Shown here: piece after piece, positions 1-7,899 of the stretch
How the letters are laid out: every line of letters starts with the position of its first letter
Numbering within the stretch: position 1 is the stretch's first letter
IMG/VR virus record: IMGVR_UViG_3300043184_000020
Strand: one strand, 5' to 3'
Source of the DNA: a virus
DNA length: 64,000 bases
The notes under the pieces: generated by a model
Told to the model about the DNA's origin: nothing
Databases searched by the model: none
The model's input: the letters and a program-made list of their open reading frames with translations, nothing else
Position numbers and translations under genes: made by a program

Positions 1-39
1 CGTCCACGACACCATCAAAGAAGCATCGGAGCACGTAAG

Positions 40-1044
40 ATGAAACCCTTCTTCAAGCTACTGTTCGGATCACACCTCTACGGCACGAGCACTCCTGAGT
101 CTGATAAGGACTGGAAGCAGCTCTACGTCCCAAGCGCGAGGGAGATCGTGCTCGGAAGGTTTTCCAAGACCGTCCAGTCGGGAAGGAAGAAAGCTTCCTG
201 CGAGCGGAACACCAAGGACGACGTAGACGTTGAGACCTTCAGCCTGTGTAGATTCCTGGAACTCCTGATGGAAGGCCAGACCGTAGCGCTCGACATCCTG
301 TTCGGCTACCGGGTTACCGGACAGGTCAACGGAGCTGAAGGCTTCGAGATCATGGACGAGGTGTACGACAATCGTAGTCGACTGCTGACCCGAAACGTGA
401 ACGCCTTCGTAGGCTACGCCAGACAGCAAGCGGCTAAGTACGGCATCAAAGGCTCAAGACTCGACGCCCTAAAGCGCACGATGGAGATCCTGGACCAGCT
501 GCCGGAACGAGATAAGCTCTTCGACCACGTAGTCCCGATGACCGCACTGGTCGTAGCTACCAAGGAGCTGGTGTCGCTCGAGAAGAGCCCGCTGGTAGAG
601 ATCGTCATGCTCAAGGGTCCGGACAAGGTTACCCCGATGCCTCACCTTCAGGTGTGCGGTCGCAAGGTACCCTTCGGCTCGACCGTCAAGTTCGCAAAGC
701 AGGTCTTCGGCAAGATCCTTGAAGGTTACGGTCAACGAGCTAAGAAGGCCCACCTTGAGGGGGGGATAGACTGGAAGGCGCTCTCCCACGCGGTCAGGGT
801 GAACGAGGAGGCGCTCGAGCTTCTGACCACCCACCACATCACCTTTCCTAGACCCGAGGCCGAGCTTCTCAAGCAGATCAAGCTTGGTCAGCTTCCCTAC
901 GAGCAGGTTGCCACCATGATCGAGGAGGGACTTTTACGCTTGACTCAGGCCCACGAAAAGTCTACCCTCAGAGAAGAACCCGATCAGGAGTGGGCTGACG
1001 ACCTGATCTTCAAAGTCTACTCAAGAAAGGTAACCCAGACATGA
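40..1044 (+). CDS. Pol-beta-superfamily nucleotidyltransferase (RlaP/PF10127-like)
   Basis: 334-aa ORF; N-terminal LFGSHLYGTSTPESDKD fits the G-S...D-x-D minimal nucleotidyltransferase signature; GGAG about 9 nt upstream of ATG. Confidence 0.6.
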   Translation: MKPFFKLLFGSHLYGTSTPESDKDWKQLYVPSAREIVLGRFSKTVQSGRKKASCERNTKDDVDVETFSLCRFLELLMEGQTVALDILFGYRVTGQVNGAEGFEIMDEVYDNRSRLLTRNVNAFVGYARQQAAKYGIKGSRLDALKRTMEILDQLPERDKLFDHVVPMTALVVATKELVSLEKSPLVEIVMLKGPDKVTPMPHLQVCGRKVPFGSTVKFAKQVFGKILEGYGQRAKKAHLEGGIDWKALSHAVRVNEEALELLTTHHITFPRPEAELLKQIKLGQLPYEQVATMIEEGLLRLTQAHEKSTLREEPDQEWADDLIFKVYSRKVTQT

Positions 1045-1403
1045 AGCACGAAGAACTTACCAGAGCCTTTGAACTGATGTTTAAGGCCATCGGCCTGAGC
1101 GGAATGCAGCTTGAGGTTCGAGTTGACGCCTCCCGCTACGACCGAGTATCCGTAGGCCTGTTCACAAGCGTGCAGGTGAGCCCTTTAGACGCCCGTCCGT
1201 CTTTTGCGAAGTTTGAGGAAGAGCTACACAACAACGTATTGAACTCCCAGCTCGTAACTGGCGAGATCCAAGAATGGAAGGATAGGCTACAAGTCTCCCA
1301 GTCAAAGCGGGACGAGCTTGAGCGGGAGAATCAAGAACTCGAGAAGTACAAGACCCACTACGACCTCCAGTTCAACCTCCAGCACGGGAAGAAACCGACA
1401 TGA
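1041..1403 (+). CDS. hypothetical protein, C-terminal coiled coil
   Basis: ATGA overlap with upstream ORF; heptad-like KRDELERENQELEKYK segment. Confidence 0.5.
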   Translation: MKHEELTRAFELMFKAIGLSGMQLEVRVDASRYDRVSVGLFTSVQVSPLDARPSFAKFEEELHNNVLNSQLVTGEIQEWKDRLQVSQSKRDELERENQELEKYKTHYDLQFNLQHGKKPT

Positions 1404-1675
1404 CGGAGACCAAGATCAACTGGAAGAAGGTCAAGAGGGACGCGGACGAGTTTCAGCACATGCAGAAGGCCCACGTCGAGATCTTCGGACCCTGGCTCAA
1501 GGAGCGGGGGTGGGCTCAGTGGTACAACGAGCACGCCTGGTACAAAGAGCCCCTTAACGACACCTACTCCTGCGTCCCCGCCGACGTCGCGGTCATGCTC
1601 GAGCTTGGGCTCAAGAAGGTCCGGGGCTCTTTCTTAAACCAACCGGTCTTCGACAACAGAAGGGATGAAGCTTGA
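1400..1675 (+). CDS. hypothetical protein
   Basis: 4-nt overlap coupling with both neighbours in a + strand operon. Confidence 0.5.
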   Translation: MTETKINWKKVKRDADEFQHMQKAHVEIFGPWLKERGWAQWYNEHAWYKEPLNDTYSCVPADVAVMLELGLKKVRGSFLNQPVFDNRRDEA

Positions 1676-2109
1676 GCAAGCTCATCAGACTCCTCCGACG
1701 AGCCCACGCCATAGAGGTGGGAGCTTACCACGCCTACGAGGGACACTGGCGCTCCGTCAAACCTGTGAGCGATCCGGTCAGGGGTAAGATCAAGGACATC
1801 CAGATAGACGAGCTTATCCATCGGGAGAATCTGTTTCGGATGCTCTCAGAACTCAACTCCAAGCCCAGTCGCGCCCAGGACCTAATCCTGCTCCTCGTCG
1901 GAAAACTGGTATCTGCATCCTGTCGGATACTCCCACGGCGCTTGGCTGCCTACGGAGCTTACGTCATGGAGATCCTAGGAGACGTATGCTACGCCCAGCT
2001 CGCTCAGGTTGCGAGGGACGAGGGATATCCTGCCATGGCGGTCGAGCTTGACTACATGCAGCGGACCGAACAAGAACACAAGAGCTTCATGAAAGCTTTA
2101 TCAAAATAG
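1672..2109 (+). CDS. ferritin-like di-iron protein (COQ7/rubrerythrin-like fold)
   Basis: TTG start overlapping the upstream stop; two E-x-x-H motifs (DELIH, EQEH) plus EVGAY and MEILGD helices typical of four-helix-bundle di-iron proteins. Confidence 0.45.
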   Translation: MSKLIRLLRRAHAIEVGAYHAYEGHWRSVKPVSDPVRGKIKDIQIDELIHRENLFRMLSELNSKPSRAQDLILLLVGKLVSASCRILPRRLAAYGAYVMEILGDVCYAQLAQVARDEGYPAMAVELDYMQRTEQEHKSFMKALSK

Positions 2110-2569
2110 TCAACTAATATACCTAGAAACCTACACACATGACGACCCTACAGGGGGTAATAACCTGTTGACCAAACCCAAGCAACCTGGTAAGGTCGTA
2201 AGTGAGCCCTGGTCAGTACCGTAGCGTGAGGATAGTGTGGCGTAGCCAACGGTGTCACCTATCACCAGGCATGGTGTGAGAAAGGAAGTTCATCACCCAT
2301 GAAGCTCAAACCCGTCACCTGGGTATCGAAGTGGTGAGGCTGGCTGGCCTTGAAGGACGCAAGTTTGATACCGAGCCGTACTTGCCGTGAGTCCCCTACG
2401 ACAGTGGGGACACCCACCGCTAGATCACTATCACGCTTGCAGAAACATTACGCAGAGCGATCCCGAGCCCTCAGACCACCATAAACACCTAGTCCCGTCA
2501 AACACTTAGCCACGGGGCGTATAGAGCGTATAACGAAACATTACGCATGATGGGGTGGGGTTAATATAG

Positions 2570-2597
2570 TTGACTGGATTAGAGGGGGACTTATAAA
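2570..2597 (+). promoter_or_regulatory. sigma70-like promoter, TTGACT-N16-TATAAA
   Basis: Best -35/-10 match in the ORF-free region; fires into ORF-free sequence. Confidence 0.5.
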
Positions 2598-2805
2598 AAG
2601 GTCCCATGGTGTGGGAGGGAACTAGGTACCCTACATGGGGGGTCGGACACAGTGTCAGGGACTACCCCCCCGGCCTATCTATCGGATACCATTAGAGAAT
2701 AGGCCGCAAGCTTAGGCCTAACGCGGTCTAGGCTTGATAATGTATGTTATCGCGCCGGTTATCGGGTTAGACCATGCGTCTAGTTCAACGATTAATCCCA
2801 TACGT

Positions 2806-2820
2806 TGGCACGGATCTTGC
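2806..2820 (+). promoter_or_regulatory. sigma54-type -24/-12 element, TGGCACGgatcTTGC
   Basis: Exact match to TGGCACG-N4-TTGC. Confidence 0.45.
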
Positions 2821-2835
2821 GTGCGTCGGGATAGT

Positions 2836-2961
2836 CCCTAGGCTAACCCCCTAAACCCTAACCCCATACCCTTTCCAGTGATACCAATACCTTAACCCTT
2901 GCAAGCCTTAGCCCTAACCCTTTAAACCCCTAAACCCTAACGCCTAACCTATCGCTAACCC
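2836..2961 (+). repeat. unidirectional array of about 12 degenerate TAACCC/CCCTAA units
   Basis: ccctaggctaaccccctaaaccctaacccc...ccttaaccc...ccttagccctaaccctttaaacccctaaaccctaacgcctaacctatcgctaaccc. Confidence 0.8.
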
Positions 2962-2972
2962 ATGCTAGGCCT

Positions 2973-2988
2973 TGGCACGCTGTATGCA
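2973..2988 (+). promoter_or_regulatory. sigma54-type -24/-12 element, TGGCACGctgtATGCA
   Basis: GG and GC dinucleotides at the canonical 10-nt spacing. Confidence 0.4.
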
Positions 2989-3125
2989 TGCGTTATAGGT
3001 GTCTAAGCCTTTGACGCATGCCTATAAGTTGTGCAGCTGATATCCTTAGGGTTTTCCCGTTTTCGCCTATTCCCTTGACGCGTCCGTTATGACCCATCCT
3101 TGAAACCCTTAGGGAATATCCCGGC

Positions 3126-3308
3126 ATGACCCTTGCTTTCACTATATGCATGAAAGTCTATCAGATTGAACTTGAAAGCGGACGGGTCGAATTTATAAAG
3201 GCGTCAACTAGTACGCAAGCGGTCAAGGCGTTATGCGAGTCTATGCGCAAGCGTGGCCGTCCCGTATATATCAGGGTCAAGCGTATCAGCATGGTTAAGG
3301 GTTTTTGA
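3126..3308 (+). CDS. hypothetical protein
   Basis: 60-aa ORF, first ORF after the ORF-free region; weak RBS. Confidence 0.3.
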   Translation: MTLAFTICMKVYQIELESGRVEFIKASTSTQAVKALCESMRKRGRPVYIRVKRISMVKGF

Positions 3309-3317
3309 TAATAATAC

Positions 3318-3346
3318 TTGACGGGTTTAATAAGGCTTGATATCCT
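3318..3346 (+). promoter_or_regulatory. early promoter, TTGACG-N17-TATCCT
   Basis: Shared architecture AATACTTGAC...GGC(C)TTGATATCCTG with the promoter at 5598. Confidence 0.5.
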
Positions 3347-3367
3347 GTTAATGAAAGGTAGGACGTT

Positions 3368-3658
3368 ATGCGTAGATTTTTTTTGATGCGAAAGGTAGAC
3401 GTTTCCGGGACTAGCGGCGTGGGGGTCGTGGCCGAAGGGGTCGTATTTGATAACGGCAAGGCCGCCATGACTTGGCTTTCAGACGTCAAGTCGGTTACGT
3501 GTTTCGACCGCTTGACCGAAGTTATCAAGATTCACGGGCACGGCGGCGCGACGGTCATGGTACTGGAAGGCCGCAAGTCGGACGCGAAAGCTTTCGAGTC
3601 ATGCCTTGACGCGGTACGGGCACGAAAGGCCAAGGCTAAGCATGCGGGGGTCATATGA
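3368..3658 (+). CDS. hypothetical early protein
   Basis: GAAAGG RBS, preceded by TTGACG-N17-TATCCT promoter. Confidence 0.6.
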   Translation: MRRFFLMRKVDVSGTSGVGVVAEGVVFDNGKAAMTWLSDVKSVTCFDRLTEVIKIHGHGGATVMVLEGRKSDAKAFESCLDAVRARKAKAKHAGVI

Positions 3659-3885
3659 TCGACCGAAGGCGTCCCGAAGCGTATAGGCTAAGGGTTTATA
3701 TCGATGCGATTAAGGAAGTCGAAAGCATGACCGATGCGGCGTGGCTTGACCGGTACGTGCAAGCGGCCTTGATCAATCGCAATGCGGCATGGTTTCCGCG
3801 TTTCGCGTGGCTTGAATATCTTAAGGCTTGCGCCTTGCGTGAGTCTGAAAGCTTGCTAGCGGCGTCTGAAAGGGACGCGGCCTAG
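3655..3885 (+). CDS. hypothetical early protein
   Basis: ATGA overlap with upstream ORF. Confidence 0.55.
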   Translation: MIDRRRPEAYRLRVYIDAIKEVESMTDAAWLDRYVQAALINRNAAWFPRFAWLEYLKACALRESESLLAASERDAA

Positions 3886-3898
3886 GCAAAAAAACCCC

Positions 3899-3927
3899 TT
3901 GACGGGTCGACCGTCCGGGGATAACCT
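3899..3927 (+). promoter_or_regulatory. early promoter, TTGACG-N17-TAACCT
   Basis: Same spacing class; directly upstream of the conserved RBS block. Confidence 0.45.
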
Positions 3928-3952
3928 GAAAGGGAAAGGAAAGGGAAAACGT

Positions 3953-4414
3953 ATGGGATACACTCACTATTGGAACTTTGCGAAAGCGCCGAAGGGCAAG
4001 GCGTCGGAAACCGAAGCGGCCTATCAAGCGGCGTTAATTGAATGTCAAAGGATCGTCAAGGCCTATTATCGCGAAAACGGCGGCCTTTCAGGCTATACCG
4101 CGCACGCTAAAACCGGTCAATACGGCGGCCTTAACGTCAACGGTAAGGGGGACGATGCGCACGAAACTTTCGCGATGCGGGAACACTTCAGCGAAAACGA
4201 CGGTTTCGGTTTTTGTAAGACGGCGCGGAAACCCTATGACGTCGTCGTGACGGCATGCCTTGCCGTGCTAGCGTACCGCTTGCCGGGACTAGTCACGGTA
4301 TCAAGCGACGGACGGCCTAAAGACTGGACCGAAGGCGTGGCGCTTGCGCGAAAGGTGTTAAGGCGAAAGGTACCTAACCCGATCGGCGGCGAGTCTGAAG
4401 CTAAGGCCGCCTAA
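3953..4414 (+). CDS. hypothetical early protein
   Basis: ORF track starts at 3899, but the conserved GAAAGGGAAAAC-RTATG initiation region places the start at ATG 3953 (MGYTHYW...). Confidence 0.6.
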   Translation: MGYTHYWNFAKAPKGKASETEAAYQAALIECQRIVKAYYRENGGLSGYTAHAKTGQYGGLNVNGKGDDAHETFAMREHFSENDGFGFCKTARKPYDVVVTACLAVLAYRLPGLVTVSSDGRPKDWTEGVALARKVLRRKVPNPIGGESEAKAA

Positions 4415-4484
4415 GGTTTAGACGATCGTCTAAAAGTTATGCGCCGTTTTTGTCACGGCGCTAACGATATCAACGGGTTAAGCG

Positions 4485-4500
4485 TGGCACAGGCCTTGCT
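4485..4500 (+). promoter_or_regulatory. sigma54-type -24/-12 element, TGGCACAggccTTGCT
   Basis: Consensus match about 25 nt upstream of the ATG at 4526. Confidence 0.5.
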
Positions 4501-4525
4501 TGATCATAACTGAAAGGGAAAACAT

Positions 4526-4654
4526 ATGACTAACTTGATGATGACCGAAACCGTCCGAAACCTTGAGACCGTGTTAACCGTGACCTATGTCATCGTGACC
4601 ATATCCATGGGGGTCATGGTCGCGGGTATCGTGGCGAGTTTCAGAAAAGAATAG
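4526..4654 (+). CDS. small membrane protein (42 aa)
   Basis: Below the ORF-track cutoff; same 26-bp RBS and start block as the next gene; MTNLMMTETVRNLETVLTVTYVIVTISMGVMVAGIVASFRKE has one TM helix. Confidence 0.5.
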   Translation: MTNLMMTETVRNLETVLTVTYVIVTISMGVMVAGIVASFRKE

Positions 4655-4683
4655 TTGACTAAACGCATAGGCCTTGAGATCAT
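4655..4683 (+). promoter_or_regulatory. early promoter, TTGACT-N17-GATCAT
   Basis: TAGTTGACT...GGCCTTGA aligned with the other early promoters. Confidence 0.4.
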
Positions 4684-4727
4684 AAAACTAAGCCGGGGAT
4701 GATCCCGGCGCATGAAAGGGAAAACAT

Positions 4728-5543
4728 ATGACTAACTTAATCCTGAACACTAACCCGATCGAAGCGGTCAACCCCGCGTCTCACCTTAACCCCGAAACGT
4801 ACGGTTTCACGTCGACGCGTGAGATTCTAGACGCTTTCGCGGCGCATGGATGGACGCCGGTTTCGAAGCAAGTTGCACGCGTCCGAAACTCGGACCGCCA
4901 AGGGTTTCAAAAACACCTTATCCGACTTGAAAACCCCGCGTTTCAAGGTATCGAAGGCCTTTCGAGCGGTAACGCTTCCCGGCCTCAACTTGTAGTCCTA
5001 AACTCACATGACGGGTCGTCTAGCCTACAGATTTTTTGGGGGTTAGTCCGCATCGCGTGCCTTAACGGTATCATTGCGGGGTCGTCGCTTTCGAGTTTCC
5101 GCTTGATTCACTCTAAGCGAGTCACGGACCGCTTGCCCGAAGCGATAGAACACCTAGTCGGAAACTTCCCGGCCTTTATCAGTCAAGTTCAAAGCTTGCA
5201 AGGCCTCAAGTTTTCCGACGCGGCCTTGACCGAACTAGTCCGGACCGTGTACGATGCACGCTTGCAAGGCGTCGGGAAGGTGTTAGCGGTCGACTATTCC
5301 TTGCCTAACCTTGCACGCGCCGAAGATAACGCGACGGACGCCTTCACGGTTTTTAACCGTGTTCAGGAAGTTCTAATCCGTGGCGGTATCCGGTACCGCG
5401 CCGAAAGGAATAGGCTTGACGATAACGGGCAAGTTATCGAGACGCGCATCGTCGACGCTAAGACTCGAAAACTTTCGAGCGTCACGCAACAAGTCAATCT
5501 AAACCGTGTCGTGTATGACACGGCCTTGAAGCTTGCGGCCTAA
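4728..5543 (+). CDS. DUF932-family protein
   Basis: LNSHDGSSSLQIFWGLVRIACLNGIIAG resembles the NSHDGS...R.vC.NG core of DUF932 (PF06067) phage/plasmid proteins. Confidence 0.55.
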   Translation: MTNLILNTNPIEAVNPASHLNPETYGFTSTREILDAFAAHGWTPVSKQVARVRNSDRQGFQKHLIRLENPAFQGIEGLSSGNASRPQLVVLNSHDGSSSLQIFWGLVRIACLNGIIAGSSLSSFRLIHSKRVTDRLPEAIEHLVGNFPAFISQVQSLQGLKFSDAALTELVRTVYDARLQGVGKVLAVDYSLPNLARAEDNATDAFTVFNRVQEVLIRGGIRYRAERNRLDDNGQVIETRIVDAKTRKLSSVTQQVNLNRVVYDTALKLAA

Positions 5544-5556
5544 CTGAAAACCGGCG

Positions 5557-5592
5557 GCGTCGGGGTCAAAAAACCCCGGCGCTTGCCGTTTT
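5557..5592 (+). terminator. terminator-like hairpin
   Basis: GCGTCGGGG-tcaaaaaa-CCCCGGCGC stem (one G-T wobble), then ttgccgTTTT. Confidence 0.4.
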
Positions 5593-5597
5593 AATAC

Positions 5598-5626
5598 TTG
5601 ACTAGTTTTATAGGCCTTGATATCCT
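5598..5626 (+). promoter_or_regulatory. early promoter, TTGACT-N17-TATCCT
   Basis: Follows a terminator-like hairpin and precedes the RBS of ORF 5647. Confidence 0.5.
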
Positions 5627-5646
5627 GAAAGCGAAAGGGAAAACAT

Positions 5647-6363
5647 ATGCAAAAAATTATAGGTTTCGAAAACGCGAAAACTTCTAAGGGTACCGCGCAC
5701 GGGTACCTAACCGGTATCGTCTACCTTGCGCCGTATAACCTAAGCGGCGTCAACTTGTGCCCGAAGGCGTCTAAGGGATGCGCGGCGGCGTGCCTTTACA
5801 CGGCGGGTCGTGGCGCTTTCAAGTCGATTCAAGCGGCGCGTATGGCAAAAACTCAATGGTTTTTGAATGACCGCGCCGGTTTCGTCGATCAACTTAAGCG
5901 TGAGATTAAGGCCGCGCAAAAACGCGCCGCGAAACTAGGCCTTAAGCTTGCGATAAGACTCAACGGGACGTCGGATATCGTATGGGAAAGGATAACGGAC
6001 GTTATCCAAAGTTTTCCGGACGTGCAATTCTATGACTATACAAAAATCGCAAAGCGTTTCCTTTGGGACCGTCCCGCTAACTATGACTTGACGTTTTCCC
6101 TTTCAGAGGATAACGAAACGGACGCCGCTTTCGTGCTAGCGCGTGGCGGTCGGGTCGCGGCGGTTTTCCGTGACCGAAACTTTCCCGCGTCGTTCTTAGG
6201 CGTGCCCGTGGTATCAGGCGATGACCATGACTTGCGTTTCCTAGACGCGTCCGGGGTCGTTGTCGGACTATACGCGAAAGGCAAGGCGCGAAAGGATGCG
6301 TCGGGTTTCGTACGGGATACCGAAACCGCGAAAGGATGCGACGGCCTCAAGGCCGCCGCTTAA
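5647..6363 (+). CDS. conserved phage protein, possibly GP88 (PF17338)-like
   Basis: 238 aa; Cys-rich N-terminus (LCPKASKGCAAACLYTAGRG), NGTSD and YDYTK motifs recalled from that family; family assignment is from memory only. Confidence 0.4.
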   Translation: MQKIIGFENAKTSKGTAHGYLTGIVYLAPYNLSGVNLCPKASKGCAAACLYTAGRGAFKSIQAARMAKTQWFLNDRAGFVDQLKREIKAAQKRAAKLGLKLAIRLNGTSDIVWERITDVIQSFPDVQFYDYTKIAKRFLWDRPANYDLTFSLSEDNETDAAFVLARGGRVAAVFRDRNFPASFLGVPVVSGDDHDLRFLDASGVVVGLYAKGKARKDASGFVRDTETAKGCDGLKAAA

Positions 6364-6375
6364 GGGGGTCAAGTC

Positions 6376-6573
6376 ATGACCGCGTCAAAGCTTGATCAAC
6401 TTAACCAACTAAGGCAAGCAATACATAACTTGCGCATGCGGTTTCCGATCGGTATCAAGTCGATCACCGACGCGCACGACGCTAAGCTTGACCGCTTGCA
6501 AAAACTGCTAGAACTTCAGACGAAAGGGGTTAACCATGAAAGCAAAAAACAAAAACGAAACGCTAACACTTGA
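6376..6573 (+). CDS. hypothetical protein
   Basis: AAGGGGG RBS; 38-nt overlap with the next small ORF. Confidence 0.4.
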   Translation: MTASKLDQLNQLRQAIHNLRMRFPIGIKSITDAHDAKLDRLQKLLELQTKGVNHESKKQKRNANT

Positions 6574-6703
6574 AACGCTGAAACGCTTAGTTTCAGACTT
6601 TCCCGGCCTATCGGACGGGGAAACCGAAGTCAACGGCGCGGACCTAGTCGACGCCTTGACCGAAGCGGTCGAAAACTTGAAACGGAAAGGGGTTAAGTTA
6701 TGA
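6536..6703 (+). CDS. hypothetical protein (55 aa)
   Basis: Below the track cutoff; GAAAGGGGTTA RBS repeated three times in this stretch; ATGA coupling to the 6700 ORF. Confidence 0.45.
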   Translation: MKAKNKNETLTLETLKRLVSDFPGLSDGETEVNGADLVDALTEAVENLKRKGVKL

Positions 6704-6933
6704 CGGTCAATCGGGTTTATATCGTGCGACGCGGTCCCGTGCATCGTCGCCTTAGGGTTAAGATTGACGGGAAAACGTACACTTGCGGTCAATCGGTACG
6801 ATGCGCAAGCGGCGCGGCGTTTTATATCCACGCGATACATGCAAGCGGACTAGTCGAATTCAGGACGTCGCATGGGTTAGGGTTTTCGATCGAAACGAAA
6901 GGGGTTAGTCATGGTCAAAGTTCTATCGGTTAA
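6700..6933 (+). CDS. hypothetical protein
   Basis: GAAAGGGGTTAAGTT-ATG initiation region. Confidence 0.4.
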   Translation: MTVNRVYIVRRGPVHRRLRVKIDGKTYTCGQSVRCASGAAFYIHAIHASGLVEFRTSHGLGFSIETKGVSHGQSSIG

Positions 6934-7045
6934 GCGACGCGACGCGTCGACGGTTATGGTCAAGGTTTCGGTACCCTTCGAAGCGTGAAAACACGCGGCG
7001 AAAACCGGAAACCTAGGTTTTCTCTATGGGGTCGATATCTCAAAC

Positions 7046-7279
7046 TTGATCTATAGGACGCACGGGGTCGCGGCGTATAACCCGACCGTGGACGATACCG
7101 CGAAACCGTCAAGCGGGGTCAAGGTCATTGACCTATACTATCAGGACGCCGCATGGGTCGAAAGGCCGCTAGCGGACGTTATCCGGGTTGACTTCAAAGC
7201 ACGGCGGCGCATAACCGAAGGCGAGACCGCGCAAGCGCTCGAAACCTTGCCGAAGGGTACCGGGAAAGGGTTAGCATGA
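7046..7279 (+). CDS. hypothetical protein
   Basis: TTG start, weak RBS; coupled to the downstream ORF. Confidence 0.3.
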   Translation: MIYRTHGVAAYNPTVDDTAKPSSGVKVIDLYYQDAAWVERPLADVIRVDFKARRRITEGETAQALETLPKGTGKGLA

Positions 7280-7515
7280 GACCGCGCAAGCTTCGAAAGC
7301 TTAAGGCCTTGCATGCCGCTTTCATGCAAGCGATTATCGACCGCGCCGATACCGAAGCGGCGGACTATTGGAAGCGTGAAAACTTCAGGTTTCAGCATGG
7401 GGTTAACCCCCCGACGTCCGAAGCGGTTAAGCGGTCGGCGGCAAGGCTAGACGCCACGCGGGACGCCTTGCGCCGCGCATGGGGTCATGACCGAAGGCCT
7501 CAAGGGAAAGGATGA
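7276..7515 (+). CDS. hypothetical protein
   Basis: GGGAAAGGG RBS, ATGA overlap. Confidence 0.5.
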   Translation: MRPRKLRKLKALHAAFMQAIIDRADTEAADYWKRENFRFQHGVNPPTSEAVKRSAARLDATRDALRRAWGHDRRPQGKG

Positions 7516-7518
7516 CTC

Positions 7519-7899
7519 ATGGGATACAAGAACTATGCCAGTCAAGAATCGTGCCAAGACGGGGACCGTGTCACGGAAGACGCACGTCAAGCCGGACATG
7601 GGTCCGATCCGACACGTGTCACCGATGACACAGGTCAACTTGGACGCGTGTCCGACGAGACACAGGACGCCTTTGCAATGCTCGTGCCAGCCCGAGATTT
7701 TAAGCTTGGCACGCGATATGCAGGGACTCCCGTCGGAGAGTTTCAGCGCGACGCGGACGGTCGCTATTGGTGGCGACGGGTAGACGGCTCTATCATGGAA
7801 GTTTTCCCCCATCCTTCGGCATTGTTCATGCCTTTGAAAGCGGGGGGATCGGTAGCGGACCCGTATCATGGAGAACTAGACACGCGGGGAGACGCCTAG
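7519..7899 (+). CDS. hypothetical protein
   Basis: GGAAAGGA RBS; preferred over the overlapping frame 7487..7783. Confidence 0.5.
   Translation: MGYKNYASQESCQDGDRVTEDARQAGHGSDPTRVTDDTGQLGRVSDETQDAFAMLVPARDFKLGTRYAGTPVGEFQRDADGRYWWRRVDGSIMEVFPHPSALFMPLKAGGSVADPYHGELDTRGDA
7707..7722 (+). promoter_or_regulatory. sigma54-type -24/-12 element, TGGCACGcgatATGCA (intragenic)
   Basis: Same motif inside ORF 7519..7899, upstream of the tandem 27-bp motifs. Confidence 0.3.

Noticed and set aside
70-837. Minus-strand ORFs 70..429, 414..626 and 469..837
   Set aside because: They lie antisense to a motif-supported nucleotidyltransferase gene, have no RBS, and have Arg/Ser/Leu-rich shadow-ORF composition.
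2836-2961. CCCTAA units read as genuine eukaryote-type telomere repeats, or as eukaryotic contamination
   Set aside because: The units are degenerate and interspersed. They are embedded between phage promoters and genes with bacterial RBSs. A phage terminal, iteron-type or packaging-type repeat is more plausible.
3011-3100. TTGACG boxes at 3011 and 3075 as promoters for ORF 3126
   Set aside because: The spacing to the nearest TATCCT/CATCCT hexamers is 24 and 14 nt, outside the usual functional 16-18 nt window. The CCCTTGACG(G/C)GTC similarity to the promoter at 3899 is noted, but it is not enough on its own.
7447-7869. 140-aa minus-strand ORF in the early region
   Set aside because: It is antisense to RBS-supported + strand genes within a uniformly + oriented block, and it has no start context.
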